A stretch of DNA of 64,000 nt. It comes from Camelus ferus. Its lineage: Eukaryota. Positions 1-13,385 of this stretch are shown piece by piece. The stretch is from the NCBI RefSeq assembly GCF_009834535.1, contig NC_045697.1:97590001-97654000 (forward strand), in the 5' to 3' direction. Each line of letters starts with the position of its first letter. Within the stretch, counting starts at the first letter, position 1. The notes beneath the pieces were generated by a model. It searched no databases. It had not been told where the DNA came from and worked only from the letters and a program-made list of their open reading frames with translations. Position numbers and translations under genes: made by a program.

Positions 1-819
1 TTTGCTCACCACTGCCCACGTGGGACCAAACCCACACTTAATAAGACAGAGACTGCATTGTCATGACATATGTGCAATAATATTCCTTGCGTTTAAGCCC
101 CAGAAGCACGGTTATTTAGCTAACATAGTCTTCTGCTATAATCATAGCAGTTTTTCTTCCAGCAGTAAAAGTCTCACCAACTACAGTTAGGCATTTTCTG
201 CTTTCCAATTACTTGCTGATGCTATGCCAAGTACAGAGTAATATTTTCATGTATCATTAAACAAATGCAGTTGTGCTCCCCAAACAGGTTTCATTTTGGG
301 CTAAACTACATCCATTAAAGCTTTCATAAATGGCACACCCTTCAGCTTGTAGCTTCTTTTTCCTCATAAATATTTAAGCTGCACAGATAATACCTCAACT
401 TCCCAGCAAGTGCTGCATTAGCTGGGCAATCTTTAAAGCATAAAACTTTGTAGCAGGAGAAAACTGGGAAGAGAGAAATAAGCTGTACTCCTATCAGAAA
501 ATGTAGCAGAATCCTAACATTTCCTTATTTCTAAAAAATAACCTTTTTCTATAAATACAAAAGTAATCATTTGAAAAATATGTATATCAATGACAGCATA
601 TTTAAGTGTAGTAGGTACTATGGATTTATACTGAAAAATGGGCAATATTCTTTTTTTCTCAACACTTACTAAAAGTGAAAATTAAACCTAAGTCCAGAGA
701 TGTGAATGTAGTAAATATAAGAGGGAAATAAAAGGATAAGTCTAATGCTGTATTTTTGTCAAGGAAAATTCGTGGTGAGTCAAGGAATGTTCTATACAGT
801 GGGTGAATTGCCTTGGCCC

Positions 820-1000
820 AGTTAATCAGGGATCATTTGATTGCTAAGAACTGAAACCCAGACCAGCTATCATAACTGAAAGGAGATTTATATTAAGAAT
901 GTAAGGAGCGATCCCAGAACCCAAATGCAGAAAGTCATGGGGCACAACTCCTTCTTCTTCCTCTAAGCTGGAGCCTCAGGCAGCCAGGATCCGCTCACCT
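820..1000 (-). mobile_element. Degenerate MaLR LTR fragment (MLT1K/L-like)
   Basis: gttaatcagggatcatttgattgctaagaactgaaacccagaccagc...aaggagatttat resembles the old MLT1 terminus (TTAGTCAGG...GGTTGCAAG.AACAGAAAC). Extent is uncertain. Confidence 0.45.
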
Positions 1001-2289
1001 CTCCTTCTGCTCTTTTCAATTCTCTCTAGAAGAACCTTTCTCAGCAAGGTTTCAATTTCCTCATAATTTTAGTTTACCAGAGGATTCGCTTAAACCCTGA
1101 ACCAACACCGACCATGACTTTATATAACCCTATGGTTCCAAGGACATGATCTGAAAGCTACTTTGTGTAACTCAGTTCAAATTCTCTGGAGAAGATGACA
1201 ACGTCAGCTTGCTTCACACGCTCGGTTCAGCTCAGGCACTCAATGCCAGCATGCATTTCTAGGCTTACCTTCATCAGAGACCAGAACAATGCAAGGAAAG
1301 CAATGTGAATGAGAAAGATATTCCACAAATGTCTATGAAATAATCTTCAAAAAGATATAAATGAAGGTTGAGATTCTGCAAGAAAAGTGAACCCTTATCA
1401 AAACAATTGTATATTTCACATTGGAATTTATAATTGCACACACATATAATCCTTATGATACTCTTGTAATATATAGAAGATGGTGCCATCCTGATTTAAG
1501 AATAGAATACTGAAGGTCAGAATGGCAGGACAGAGTGGCTTTTAGATTAATAATTTGGATGCAGCCTCCTTAAGTACTCCCAGTGTGCTTATACAGTTGA
1601 AGCACTTCAGCAACTTCAAACCAGGCTCTTATAAAAAAATAAAATAAAATAAAAAAGCAGAGGGGAGCTGTATTGATGTGGATGCCATGAACAAAAAAGT
1701 AGCACTAGCTACTTATCCCCTCATTGTTTTCTCCTGGTCTACGGGAAGAATGCTTTCAAGGAAGATCAGCTATTTCTCAGCTGGTCTGAATGTGGCTTCA
1801 GTTTAGCATGCCCAATAACCATCTATTTAACTGTTAAAGTTGCAAAATAAAAGACACATTATTAATACTTGAGATACATTGAGAGGCATAGTCCTGATTG
1901 TCCTGTGTCAACCAAGTTGTATCACTACCCTCCTTAAGGTGTATGTAGTGTCAATGGCTCTGTCCTTCTGGAATACAACTCAAATTCATGGATCAGTCTT
2001 TCCTTTCGTGGGGAGAACCAAAATACTGCAGTAAATTTGGATTTCAGGGATCGGGACAGGATGAATATTATTACAGCAGAAAATCCCTTGAAATGCTGCC
2101 AGGCCCCAGAATTTTCAGTGCTTTTCACTCCTATAAGCTAAAGAAAGCCTGGTTCTTCCACCATACAGTGATCAGAAATGAGGTCTCATGACCTTGGAGA
2201 AATTTGAGTTATAAGAGTTCTTTAGTAAATATAAAAACCCTTTATAGAAAATGTTTTGTAATAGTTTCTCTCGAACTTTGGCTTGCTTT

Positions 2290-5200
2290 TACAATTTATT
2301 AACAGTGGCTTTTGAATAGTAAAAATTTTTAACTTTCATGAGTCTAATATATTAACTTTTATTTTAATTTTCATGCTTTTGTGTCTTATCTAAGTCGCAA
2401 AGATTTTTCTTCTATATTTTCTTCCAGAGGCTTTTTATAATTTTAGATTACACAGATACATTCAATATCCACTTTGAGTTAATTTTTGTATATTTTTGTG
2501 TGAGATATGCTGTGAGATACGATTATGGTTCAATTTTATTTTTGTTTCTTTATTTATCTATTTATTTGCATAAGGATATTCAGTTAGTTGAAAAGAATAT
2601 TCTATGTGGCTGGATAATATGCCATTTTTTAGATAGATCATTTGTTGCTTATCAGTTCATCCCTTGATGGATATTTGGATTGTTCCCACTTTTTGACCAT
2701 TATGAATAACACCATTATGAACATTTATGTACAAGTGTACACAAATTGTACACAAATTGAAAATTGTTTTCAGTTATGTTGGGTTATACTTAGGAGTGGA
2801 ACTGCTGGGTCATATGGTAGGTACATCTGTAACTTCTTGACGAACTGTCAAACTGTTTTTTGTCAATGGCTGTAACATTTATATTTCCACTAGTAATATA
2901 CAAGGGTTCCAATTTGTTCACATACTGGTCTACTTTTGTAATCATCTGTCTTTCTGATCATAGTCGTCCTAGTGAGTGTGAAGTGTTACCTTACTGTGGT
3001 TTAGATTCGTATTTCCCTAGTGACCAATTATATTGATCATCTTTTCATATGCTTATTGGACACTTACATATATTCTTTAGAGAAGTGTTTATATAAACCT
3101 TTCCTCATTTTTAAATAGGGTTATTTGTCCATCTATTGTCGAGCTATAATTGTTCTTTTTGTGTTTTGAATACTAGGTCTTTATTAGGTATATGATTTGC
3201 AAATATTTTCCTCCATTGTATAAGTTTACTTTCTGATTGTGCCCTTTGATGCACAAAAATTTTATATTTTGATGAAGTACAACTTATTTATTTTTCTTTG
3301 GTTGTCTGTGCTCTAGGTGTCACATCTAAGAAATCATCACCTAGTCCAAGGTTATTGAGATCTATACTATATTTTCTTCTAGGAATTTGATATTTTTAGC
3401 TTTTACCTTTAGGAATTTGATTTCTTCATCCAACTTGGGTTTTGTTGAGCTTCTTAGAGGCGTAAATAAATATTTTTCAGCAAATTTGGAAAGATTTTGG
3501 CTAGTATTTTTTCAGACATTGTTTTCTTCCTGCTCTTCTCTCCTTCTGGAATTCTCAGTTATGTGCTGCTATACTTAATAGGGTCTCAGTTTTCTGAGGC
3601 TCTGTTTATTTTTCTTTTCTTTTTTTCTTCTGTTCCTTATGAATAATCTCAATTGATCAGCCTTCAAGTTTGCTGACTTTTTCTTCCATCTGCTAAAATC
3701 TGCTGTTGATTTCCTCTAGCATATTTTTCATTTTAATTACTGTGTTTTCCAACCCATAATATCTAGTTTTATTTTATATTTTCTACATCTTTATCAATAT
3801 TATTATTAATATTATTTTTTAGTAAGACATCAGCCTAATGTTTTCCTTTAGTTTTTAGATATGCTGCTTTAGTTCTTTGAACATATTTCAAATGAAGGAT
3901 TTAATGTCTTTGTCTAGTAAATCCAGCAGCTGCATTTTCGTAGGGACAGTTTCTATGGGCTGCTTTTTTCCTGTATGTGAGCCATTATTTATTGTTTCTT
4001 TGCATATCTCACAATTTTTTGTTGGAAACTGGACATTTTAAATTATAGACTGTGGCAGTGTTGGAATTCAGATGTTTCTCTCTCACCAGGTTTGTTGTTG
4101 TTGTTGTTGCTGTTGTTGTTGTTGTTGCTGCTTGTTTAGTGACATCTCTGAACTAATTCTGTAAAGTCATTTTATCATATGTGGCTACTGAAATCTCTAT
4201 CTGGCTGTCAGCCAGTTACTGGACAGAGATTTTTCTTAGATGCCTCAAACCCAGTGAGCCTCCCAGTCTTTACCAAGGGGTTCTGTATGTGTTCTGGGGC
4301 ATGCCTTCAACACTCATTCAGAGTTTACAACATCATCTTAGCCTTGACTTCCTTTTTGCACAGAGTCTCGAGATTAGCTGAAGATGAGAGCTTAGGGTCT
4401 TCTCAGGCTTCTCCTTGAGCGTGCACACTGCTCTGGGTATGTGCACAACTGTACACATGTGTGTAGCATTCTACATTCCCAGGAATATGCTGTAGCCTTT
4501 CGATGTCCCTTACAGACACTGGATTCATTCTGTAGTGTTTTCTTTTAAGCTTTTGGCTAGCTTATCATTTGCCCCAACTCTTATCTACCTCTTCAATATT
4601 CAATAATTGTATCTGGTTGTTTTGTGATAGTCAAGACTTGCTTGTGATTGATTTTGACAAATGTCTCTAGGAAAAGATTGCAGTAAACTTACTTAATAGT
4701 TCTTGAGTACATAGGTAATTATGTCTTTTACAAATACACATTGTGTTACTTTCTTTCCAATTTGTATGCCTTATTGCACTGGGTAGAACTTCAACCACAA
4801 CGTCAAATAGGAGTGATGATGAATGTCATCCTCACTTTCATTCTGATCATGGGGGAAGGAATTCAGGATTTCACCATTATCCATTGGATTCTTGTGGATA
4901 TCCTTTATATAATTGAGAAAGTTCTCCTCAGTATCCTGTTTGCCAAAAAAATGTTTATGACAGTATGTTGAATTTTGTCGAATGGTTTTTTTTTTTTTTG
5001 CACCTATTGATTAATCATATGATTTTTCCATCCTTAAAATGGTAAGTTAAATTGATTAATTTTTCAAATGTTAAACCATCCTTTTATTCCTGGGGTAAAC
5101 CCCTCTTGGGTATAGAATATATATACATTAAGCTTTTTGTGTCTGTATTTGTAAGGTATATTGCTTTGTGGTCTTGTTTTTTATTTCTTATACTATCTTT

Positions 5201-5500
5201 GTGTCTTTTGATAGCAGGATAATGCAGGCTTCATAAAATGTGTTGGCACTGTTTATTCTCTATTACTTCAAAGAACTTAAAAAATCGATATTTTTTTTCT
5301 TAAATTTTAGAAATAATTTAACAATAAGGCAGTCTGGGCCTGGAATTGTTCATTCATTGTTTAACTATGAATTTGATTTCTTTAATAGATAGATATAGAG
5401 TTAGTCTAGCCATCTATTGCTCTTTAACTGCATTTTCGTAGTTTGTCACTTTCAAGGACCCTGCCTATTTCATGAAAATTACTGAATGTCTTGTCGTGAA
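2290..5500 (-). mobile_element. Cluster of old L1 fragments (L1M-type ORF2, 3' and 5' pieces), antisense
   Basis: Antisense L1 motifs include ggagtggaactgctgggtcatatggtag, gtgagtgtgaagtgttaccttactgtggtttagattcgtatttccc, gatttgcaaatattttc and aatgttaaaccatcc...attcctggggtaaacccc. No intact ORF. Confidence 0.85.
4092..4131 (+). repeat. (GTT)n microsatellite interrupted by GCT
   Basis: ttgttgttgttgttgttgctgttgttgttgttgttgctgc read directly. Confidence 0.9.
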
Positions 5501-5509
5501 TTTTTTTCA

Positions 5510-5783
5510 GTAAAGGAGGACTCCAAAGAGCTTTTGTTGTGAGAGTTATAGCTATCTTACTGAATTAGAAACTAAAAATCATTATTTGAACACAAGAGCA
5601 TACATAATACTATTCTATTGTCCAACAGGCAATGATGTTATCACACAATGTGTAATCTCTGAAAAATTTCACTCATGAGAGAACGAGAAGTAAAAAGGCA
5701 TATGATGTCTGAGAATTATTATGATTTCACAGACCCACTTAAAGGGTCTCAGGGACTTGCAGTGTTTGATAATTTGAGGGCTG
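5510..5783 (-). mobile_element. hAT-Charlie non-autonomous fragment (Charlie1b-like)
   Basis: aaaaaggcatatgatgtc...attattatga...cagacccacttaaagggtctcagggac is the reverse complement of the Charlie1-family left end (GAGACCCTTTCAGGGGGTCC...TTTGCCTTTTT). Confidence 0.6.
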
Positions 5784-8700
5784 TTGGCATAATCCGTCTT
5801 AGAAATTGTCATTATTATTCATTGAGTTGGTTACAAGAAACTTGGAAGAAATCCCGCCTCCATTTTTCTCCTTCAAAATCCATATCCAATTCATCAACAG
5901 TACACAGCCAAAATACAGGTATAAAAGTATTCAGTTGTTTTAGTTGGCTTTAAGTTCAGTGTGAGTTAAGTGTGATATGACTCCCATATTCTGAACCTCC
6001 TACCACCATTATTTTTCCATCTAGCATAATTGCATTCACATGTTATAAAAATTTCTCTTCTTTCCATCAATCCTTCTTCTCTTTCCTATAATTTTAGGAG
6101 GGAGTTTTCATCTTTAGAAAGGCTAACATGTGCTCCACACCTCTGCTCACTCCATCATGTTTTCCTCCCCGTCTAGTGCTTACACATTCTTCCTGCCTGA
6201 AATACTCAAGCGTTAGAACATGAGCAAGAACCACAGATCTCCTAAAGCTGTTTGTGTCCTTGTGTTCGCTTCACTGGTTCCAAACCCACTTTCCAGTTCA
6301 CTGTGTATCTGAACTTATTTCAGACTATTAGACCAGCACCCACACTGGATCTGAGCTCTCATTCCATGGGGAGAGATTGAGTTCTTGTTCTTCCTAGCAT
6401 TCCATAATTGGTTTTCCTTAATTGATTTGTCACTCCAAATTCTTCAATTCTGGACTTCCTTAGAAGGAAGTCTCTGGCTTCATCCTCTGGTTCCAGCCTC
6501 TGAAAGTCAGCCTCTAACATGGACAATCAGGCCTTTTTGCCAAATTGTAGCCCTATGACTGAGAATGGGGGTCAGACAACTTCACCTTCAGTTATGTTAT
6601 TTGAATTACTCATCTTTTCCTCTTTATTGCATATGCTTAAAAACCCCACAGAATTCTCATTCTTGCATCCTTCTTTACTTTCTTTCCACTTTATTCTGCT
6701 CTATATAATCAGACAAAAAATACAACTTACAAAAGAAATAATTTTTCTAAGTGGAATGTTTTAAAGGGAAGAACTTAACATTCTCTTCTAGAATGGAATG
6801 TTGAGAGATATCCAGCAAATTTTAAATACTATCAAAGGTCTGCCAGCAACATATGGTTTTGTTTAGAAACTGTGTTCATATTGAAATAGGATTCTGCACA
6901 TCCTTTACACAACCAACTAAATTTTTCAAATACAGTTTTCTTAATTGTTTACTGAAACCAAATAACATGTTTTGGAACGACGCCAAGGATCCATTAAATT
7001 GAAAGAATCTTACCAAAATGTCACAAGAAATGACTCAAAGTCAAAAAGTTAGTTTTAAAAAAATCACATTTTGAAAATAATATTTAAAGATTCTTCCCAT
7101 ACTGTGAAAGTAGTTGGCAAACTTAGATATGCAGTATAAAAAGAAAAAAATAACAATTTACAAAATATTTTACATGTTAAGAGATAAAGCCATTCCAGGT
7201 TATAGTAGGCATCCTATATAGCTATTAGAATAAAAAAAAAAAAGTAGTATCAGTATATTTCAAACTTAAGCAGAGCCACAGAGGAAAAAAGTTGTCACCT
7301 GGATTCTTGGGTTCTTCAACTATTTTGTTTTGGGATGACTCGTATATTAAGTGTTGTTATTAATAAAGCTATTCTGATAACATATAGGATTATTTTATTG
7401 TAAGAATCTATCACACTTTGATCCATGGGGCTAGATGATCAGAATCTCTTTATTTTTCTTCATTTGACTGCTGTCCAGACTCCATTTATTTGCTCTCTCA
7501 ACCAGTGTTTTAATACCTTATTTTCTAGAATCTAGTATTGTATAAAATGAGAGTAATAACCTTTGTTTGCTAGAAGATTATAAAGAGTAACTTGAACATT
7601 TGTTATGCAAATCTTACAAGAAAGTGATTTTCATGTGGTAAGCATTAATATTTATCAAATAAAACTTACATTCTTTTCATGAGTATTATTATTTGCAGAC
7701 TTGTGGATAAAAACACAATATATGACTCCAATTTAAATCCCTGTAATCCATAGTTTTAGTTAATGTATATTTCTAACCCTTCGCATTATTACAGGATGTA
7801 TACAGGCAGCAGTTCTGAGGACCTGGGTTTACAGAAAACAAGAGCATCACATGGGAAGGCCAGGGTGACTTGTGTTTAGAACTATAACATCAGTTTATGC
7901 CCAGTTGAGACCTACACAAATGAGTACAGGGTGCAAATTATTAAAATGAAATTCACGTCATTAAGCTGACAAGCTCCAAGAACTCTTATGTATTAGTTCA
8001 TATTAAAAATAATTGTTTTCATTGTATCAGAACACCTCATTTCATCGTATCAGAACTCAAGTCTGGTATAAAATTGAATCTTGTTATATTGATCCTCTAG
8101 GTTAGCTTCTGCCTCCTCTGGACTGTCTATGAAAAAGTAGTTAAAAAAATCAAAATTAAGTTTGGTGGGAACAGAACATTTAAATGAATAATAGCTGGAT
8201 TCCACCGGTAAACTCTTCTTCTCAAAATAGTCTTACATTAAAAGCATACTTATGAAATAATGTAACTAGAATTATGAGAATTTTACATGATTTAAAGCTA
8301 TTCTTATGACAATTTAATCCATCATTTATAATACCAACAAAAGCCACCCTAATACCAATAACCAGGGCTTCAGGTGTTTTCTTCCCAAAACACAGATTAG
8401 AGGTCATGTTTTTCAAATTCCTGATATTTCTCTCAACTTTTTAAAAATAATATTTAAAATTTTGAAGGCTCTTGCTACAAAAGCTAATGCATTTCCATAT
8501 GTTGTTTGTAATAAATTTAGCAGCCAGAAGAGAGAGATACTGTTATTCCCTGTTTATAGATGTGGCTTAGTGGAATGAAATCACTTACCTAAGAGTAAAC
8601 CCATGAACTTCTAACATGGACCTTAACCAGGACAACATAGAGCATATTGGTTACTATGGAGCTTATATCTGATGAGAGTTTAGCAAGACTTTTAATATCA

Positions 8701-9114
8701 AATCAGACTCACTTGTTTTCAAAAACTTGGAATGCTCAGCTTTGGAGGTTTATGTAGTTACACAGAACTTGTGGTATATTAAGTCATTCAGCTAATACTA
8801 ACATAATGTAAGATGTTTGTAGAAAGAGGAATGAATGAATGAATAAGTGAGTAACAACATTACAGTCAGTAGCAGTGACTATTTTTCTGAGTGATTATAA
8901 ATTAGAAGGTTCTAAGTACAGTCTTAAAGAAAAATGCTGAGACAAAAAGCTTATTCCTTAAGATTAGAAAAGATTATAACTATTTACTGTTAAAACTAAT
9001 CAACCACTAGGAATTTCACATATAAACTTTTCATATTTGGATGTCAGCATTTGATTAATCTAGTTTATAATTTTTGCATAGTACCAGTTATATGAAAGTA
9101 AAAATTATTGTTTC

Positions 9115-10886
9115 TTTTTAAAAATTTTTTATTGAAGTATAGTTGATTTACAGTGTTGTGTTAGTTTCTGATGTAGAACATAGTGATTCAGTTATATATA
9201 TATGTATTCTTTTTCATTATAGGTTATTATGAGATATTGAACATAGTTCCCTGTTCTATACAGTAGGTTCTTATTGTTTATCTATTTTATATATAGTAGT
9301 TTATGTTTGCTAATCCCAAACTCCGAATTAATTCCTCCCCCATCTCCCCTTTAATAACTAGAAGTTTGTTTCCTATGTCTGTGAGTCTGTTTCTGGTTTG
9401 TAAATTAGTTCATTTGTATCATATTTTTAGATTCCACATGTAAGTGATGTCATATGATATTTATCTTTCTCTTTCTGACTTACTTTATTTAGTATGATAA
9501 TCTCTAGGTCCATCCATGTTGCTGCAAATGGCATTATTTCATTATTCTTTATGGCTGAGTATTGTTCCACAGTATATATATAATATATAGCTACAACTTC
9601 TTTATCCAATTATCGGTCGATGGACATATAGCTTGTTTCCATGTCTTGGCTTTGTAAATAATGCTGCTGTGAACAATGAGGTACATGTGTCTTTTCGAGT
9701 CGTAGGTTTCTCCAAATATATGCCTAGGAGTGTAATTGCTTGATCATATAAGTCTACTTTTAGATTTTTAAGGAATCGCATATTGTTTTTCATAGTGGCT
9801 GCACCAATTACATTTCCAGCCAACAGTGTGGGAAGGTTCCCTTTTCTCCACACCCTCTCCATCATTTATCGTTTGTGGATTTTTTAATGATAGCCATTCT
9901 GACCAGTGTGAGGTGATAACTTCATTGTAGTTTTGATTTGCATTTCTCTGATAATTAGTGATATTGAGCATCTTTTCATGTGCCTATTGGCCATTTGTAT
10001 GTCTTCCTTGGAGAAATGTTTGTATATGTCTTATGCCCATTTTTGGATTGGGCTGTTTGTTTTTTTGTTATTAAGTTGTGTGAACTGTTTATGTATTCTG
10101 GAAATTAAGCCTCTGTAAGTCGCATCACTTGCAAATATTTTCTCCTATTCTGTAGGTTATCTTTTTTCTTTTGTTGATGGTTTCCTTTGCGATGCAAAAG
10201 CTTAAAAGTTTAATTAGGTACCATCTGTTTATTTTTGCTTTTATTTCTGTTGCCTTGGGAGACTGACCTAGGAAAACATTGCTATAATTTATGTCAGATA
10301 ATGTTTTGCCTATATCCTCTTCTAGGAGATTTATGGTGTCCTGTCTTACGTTTAAGTCTTTAAGCCATTTTGAGTTTATTTTTGTGTATAGAATGAGAGA
10401 GTGTTCTAACTTCACTGATTAACATGCAGCTGTCCAGCTTTCCCAACACCACTTATCAAAGAGTCTGTCTTTTCTCCATTGCATATTCTTGCCTCCTTTG
10501 TCAAAGATTAATTGACTGTAGGTGTGTGGGTTTATTTCTAGGCTCTCTGTTCTGTTCCATTGATCCATATATCTGTTTATGTACCAATACCATGCTGTTT
10601 TGATTACTGTAGCTCCGTGTATTGTCTGAAGTCTGGATGGTTTAGGCCTCCAGGTTTGTTCTTTTTCTTCAGTATTGCTTGGGCAATTCTGGGTCTTTTG
10701 TGATTCCATATAAATTTTAGGATTGTTTGTTCCTAGTTCTGTGGTAAACATCCTGGATTATTTGATAAGGATTGCATTGAATCTGTAAATTGCTTTGTGT
10801 AATATGGTCATTTTTACAATATTAATCTTTCCAATCCAAGAGCATAGGATATCTTTCCATTTTTAAAAATCATCTGTAATTTCCTC
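9115..10886 (-). mobile_element. 5'-truncated lineage-specific L1 (ORF2 3' part plus 3'UTR)
   Basis: Minus-strand ORF pieces match the L1 ORF2 C-terminus: [60 protein letters not shown]. The T-tract is at 9115-9130. A degenerate TSD is aaaattattgtttctt (9101-9116) versus aagataattctttctt (10887-10902). Confidence 0.95.
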
Positions 10887-11377
10887 AAGATAATTCTTTC
10901 TTGAACAATTAAAGGTGTTATTCCTTCAAATAAGCTTCATTATGAAATCAGTAAATATAAAAATATAGAGTGTTTCATAGGAATAATTAATGTATTCATT
11001 TTAATGTGTATATGATTGTCATTATAGACAAAATAAACAGTTAAAATAATTTTTCAAACATTTTCTTTCAAACATAAATCCTGATACTCTGAAGAAAACT
11101 GGTTCTAGTTCATTAGTGAAATAAAGGATTATACAAATGTCTTTGTGTTTGTTTAGAAAGATATCTCATGTTCTTCTAAGGATAATTTAAATTAACTCTG
11201 TTTTCATAGTACGTCTCAAGACTTCTCTATTAAAATTGATTTTTCTTAAAGTTTTTGAAAAAAACACCTGATTTTCTTTTGAGTCAAAAAATTGATAAAC
11301 ACTTTTTAAACTCACTATATGGCACCTAGAAGTATGGCTATATACTGCTGTAATTTGTAGCCTATGTAAATTAGCAC

Positions 11378-11473
11378 GGAGGGGCTATAAGTTAGTGGTA
11401 AAGCACATGCTTAGCATGCATGAGGTTCTGGGTCCAGTCCCCAGTATCTCCATTTAAAAAAAACAGAAATAAA
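11378..11473 (+). mobile_element. tRNA-derived SINE (Vic-1-like)
   Basis: Degenerate A/B boxes (tataagttagtggta; ggtccagtccc), an A-rich tail and TSD aaattagcac/aagttagcat. Confidence 0.9.
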
Positions 11474-12154
11474 AAGTTAGCATACTGGTGTCAGGGAGGA
11501 AAATGAAATTAAGTACAACACCTTACGTTAATTGCCTCTGCCTCAGTTAAAACAACCTTCGTAAAAGTATAAAGTGAAGCCAGACAACAGATGGTTTAAG
11601 GGCTCGAGTACTGACAGAGCGGTCTGCACACAAAGCTGTGTGTGCACTCAGCAGTGTGGCTTTGGTGGATGCGTGTGATGGACCTGAAGTGGTGTTACTT
11701 AATTCCAGACCAAACCCATATGTGCAGTCACTACCACTGCAGTGATTGTTTGACTTCTCCAAATGGTTAACAGTCACTTTTTATATTGCTTATAAAAATG
11801 GTCATTGAACATATTTAATCAGCCAGTCAGTCTCAAGGTTGACTGACAAAAATTGCAGAGAATTTATTTACCTTCAATCTGTATTTCCTTACTCAAGATG
11901 TGGTCAGAATTTTAAAGAAGCTAGATAGCATGCAAACAGACATCATATAATTCCTCAGAGCCTACTTGTGGGAAATATGTCTAAATTCTAAGATGAAATT
12001 ACATGTTCATAAATCACTCAGCGGCATTGTGGGAGCTTGCAAAGTTTTCCCTTTGAAAAGAGTTAGCTTGACCCACAAGACAAGAAGGTGACTATATCCT
12101 CATCATGCTCAGGTGGGCAAAGTGAGGTGGTCGAAGCACCAACCCTGCAGTGGG

Positions 12155-12340
12155 CAGCCTGGGTTCACAGACTGCTCAGCTGTGTGAACTGGGGTAGGGC
12201 TGGGGCCCTTCAACCCTCAGTGCCTCAGTTCCCTCACCTGCGATGTAGATAAAACTATTGCTTTTTCAAAGGGCTTGTTGTGAGGACTGAGTTGATAAAG
12301 TATTTTGACTGGAAAGTAATATGCAGTAAACACTGTGTAA
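12155..12340 (+). mobile_element. MIR SINE relic
   Basis: Core cctgggttc...agctgtgtga...tgcctcagttccctcacctg...ttgttgtgaggactgag. Confidence 0.75.
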
Positions 12341-12527
12341 ATGTGATCTGTTGTTAAACAAACTGGTATCTTCCCTCATTTTAACTGCCTGGTAGCAGGC
12401 TGTGACTTGGGATAGACAGAAAGTAAGGGAATATTCTACGGAGGGTGCTCTGTGGGTATGAATGCAGTCCTCAGGGTAATGCTATGAAAAAAGGGCTATC
12501 GTGATCTCTTTTACAGGGCAAGTGGCC

Positions 12528-13385
12528 GCCTAGGCTTGAATTCCATTTTGTCAATTAAAAGCAGTGTTGTTGCCGATAGATGCAAATGGTGTTCCAGGTT
12601 CTTGTCCCGTCCCAGAAAGAATTCAGAGACAAGATGTAGTGGTTAAAAAAGGTAAAGTGAGGATTTATTAAAGGATGGATAGTACACTCTCAGGGGGAGA
12701 GCGGGCAGGCTCAGGTGAGCGGCTGCCCTGAGTTTCTTTGGCAAGTTAGTTACATAGGGTGTAAAAATGAATGGGCAGAATATTCACTGGGGAGGGAATG
12801 GTCTGGGGTCGTATTCCCTGATTATCATCCCAACTCCACCTTCCCAAAGGGAGGAGGAAATTTTGTCCTTATTTAGTCTGGATGGGAAGTGTCTTGGCTT
12901 CAGTGCATGATGGGTACTTCTTATCTGCAAGGCTAATTTTATTGAAATGAGGGCATAATGAGCAAAAGGTTACATTCGGACACTGGAAATTGCTGCCTTT
13001 TCTCACCTTTCTTCATTATTCTCCAGGCCACTTGTAACCCCAAAAAGCATGACCCCTTAGCCCAAAGGTTCCTGCTTTACTTCCTCTGCCCAGAGACCCC
13101 TGCCATTTACATGATGTGTGGTTTCCTGCATTTGGCTTGTGCTCCTCCTTTCTGCCCAATTCCTGCCATATGGCCTGGGTCCCCCTTTCTCTGCTCATAT
13201 CTAGCTATCTGCCTGCTCTAACAGTGTTACCTGGGGAAAAATATTTAACCACTTTGCGTCTCAGTTTCTCCTTCAGTAAAGTAGGAAAAATAACCTACCT
13301 CTCAAAATTTGGGGGAAGATTAAATGGATTACCACCTATAAAGGGTATAGGACATTCTCTGGCATGCAGTAAGCAGTCTATAAAG
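12528..13385 (+). mobile_element. MIR SINE split by a solo LTR
   Basis: Joining 12528-12567 to 13228 onward restores the MIR core: cctaggcttgaattcc...agcagtgt|tacctggggaaaaatatttaaccactttgcgtctcagtttctccttcagtaaa. Confidence 0.75.
12568..13223 (-). mobile_element. ERV1-class solo LTR (656 bp)
   Basis: TGTT...AACA termini, exact 4-bp TSD GTGT (12564-12567 and 13224-13227), and AATAAA on the minus strand (tttatt at about 12664). Confidence 0.9.

Noticed and set aside
7770..7880. Possible coding exon after branch point ctaac and acceptor ...attacag (7794)
   Set aside because: There is no good donor site, the open frame (MYTGSSSEDLGLQK...) resembles nothing I recognise, and no partner exons are evident.
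9427..10751. Cluster of minus-strand ORFs as a gene
   Set aside because: They are frameshifted pieces of L1 ORF2. The same applies to the ORFs at 41682-43031 and 56597-58154.
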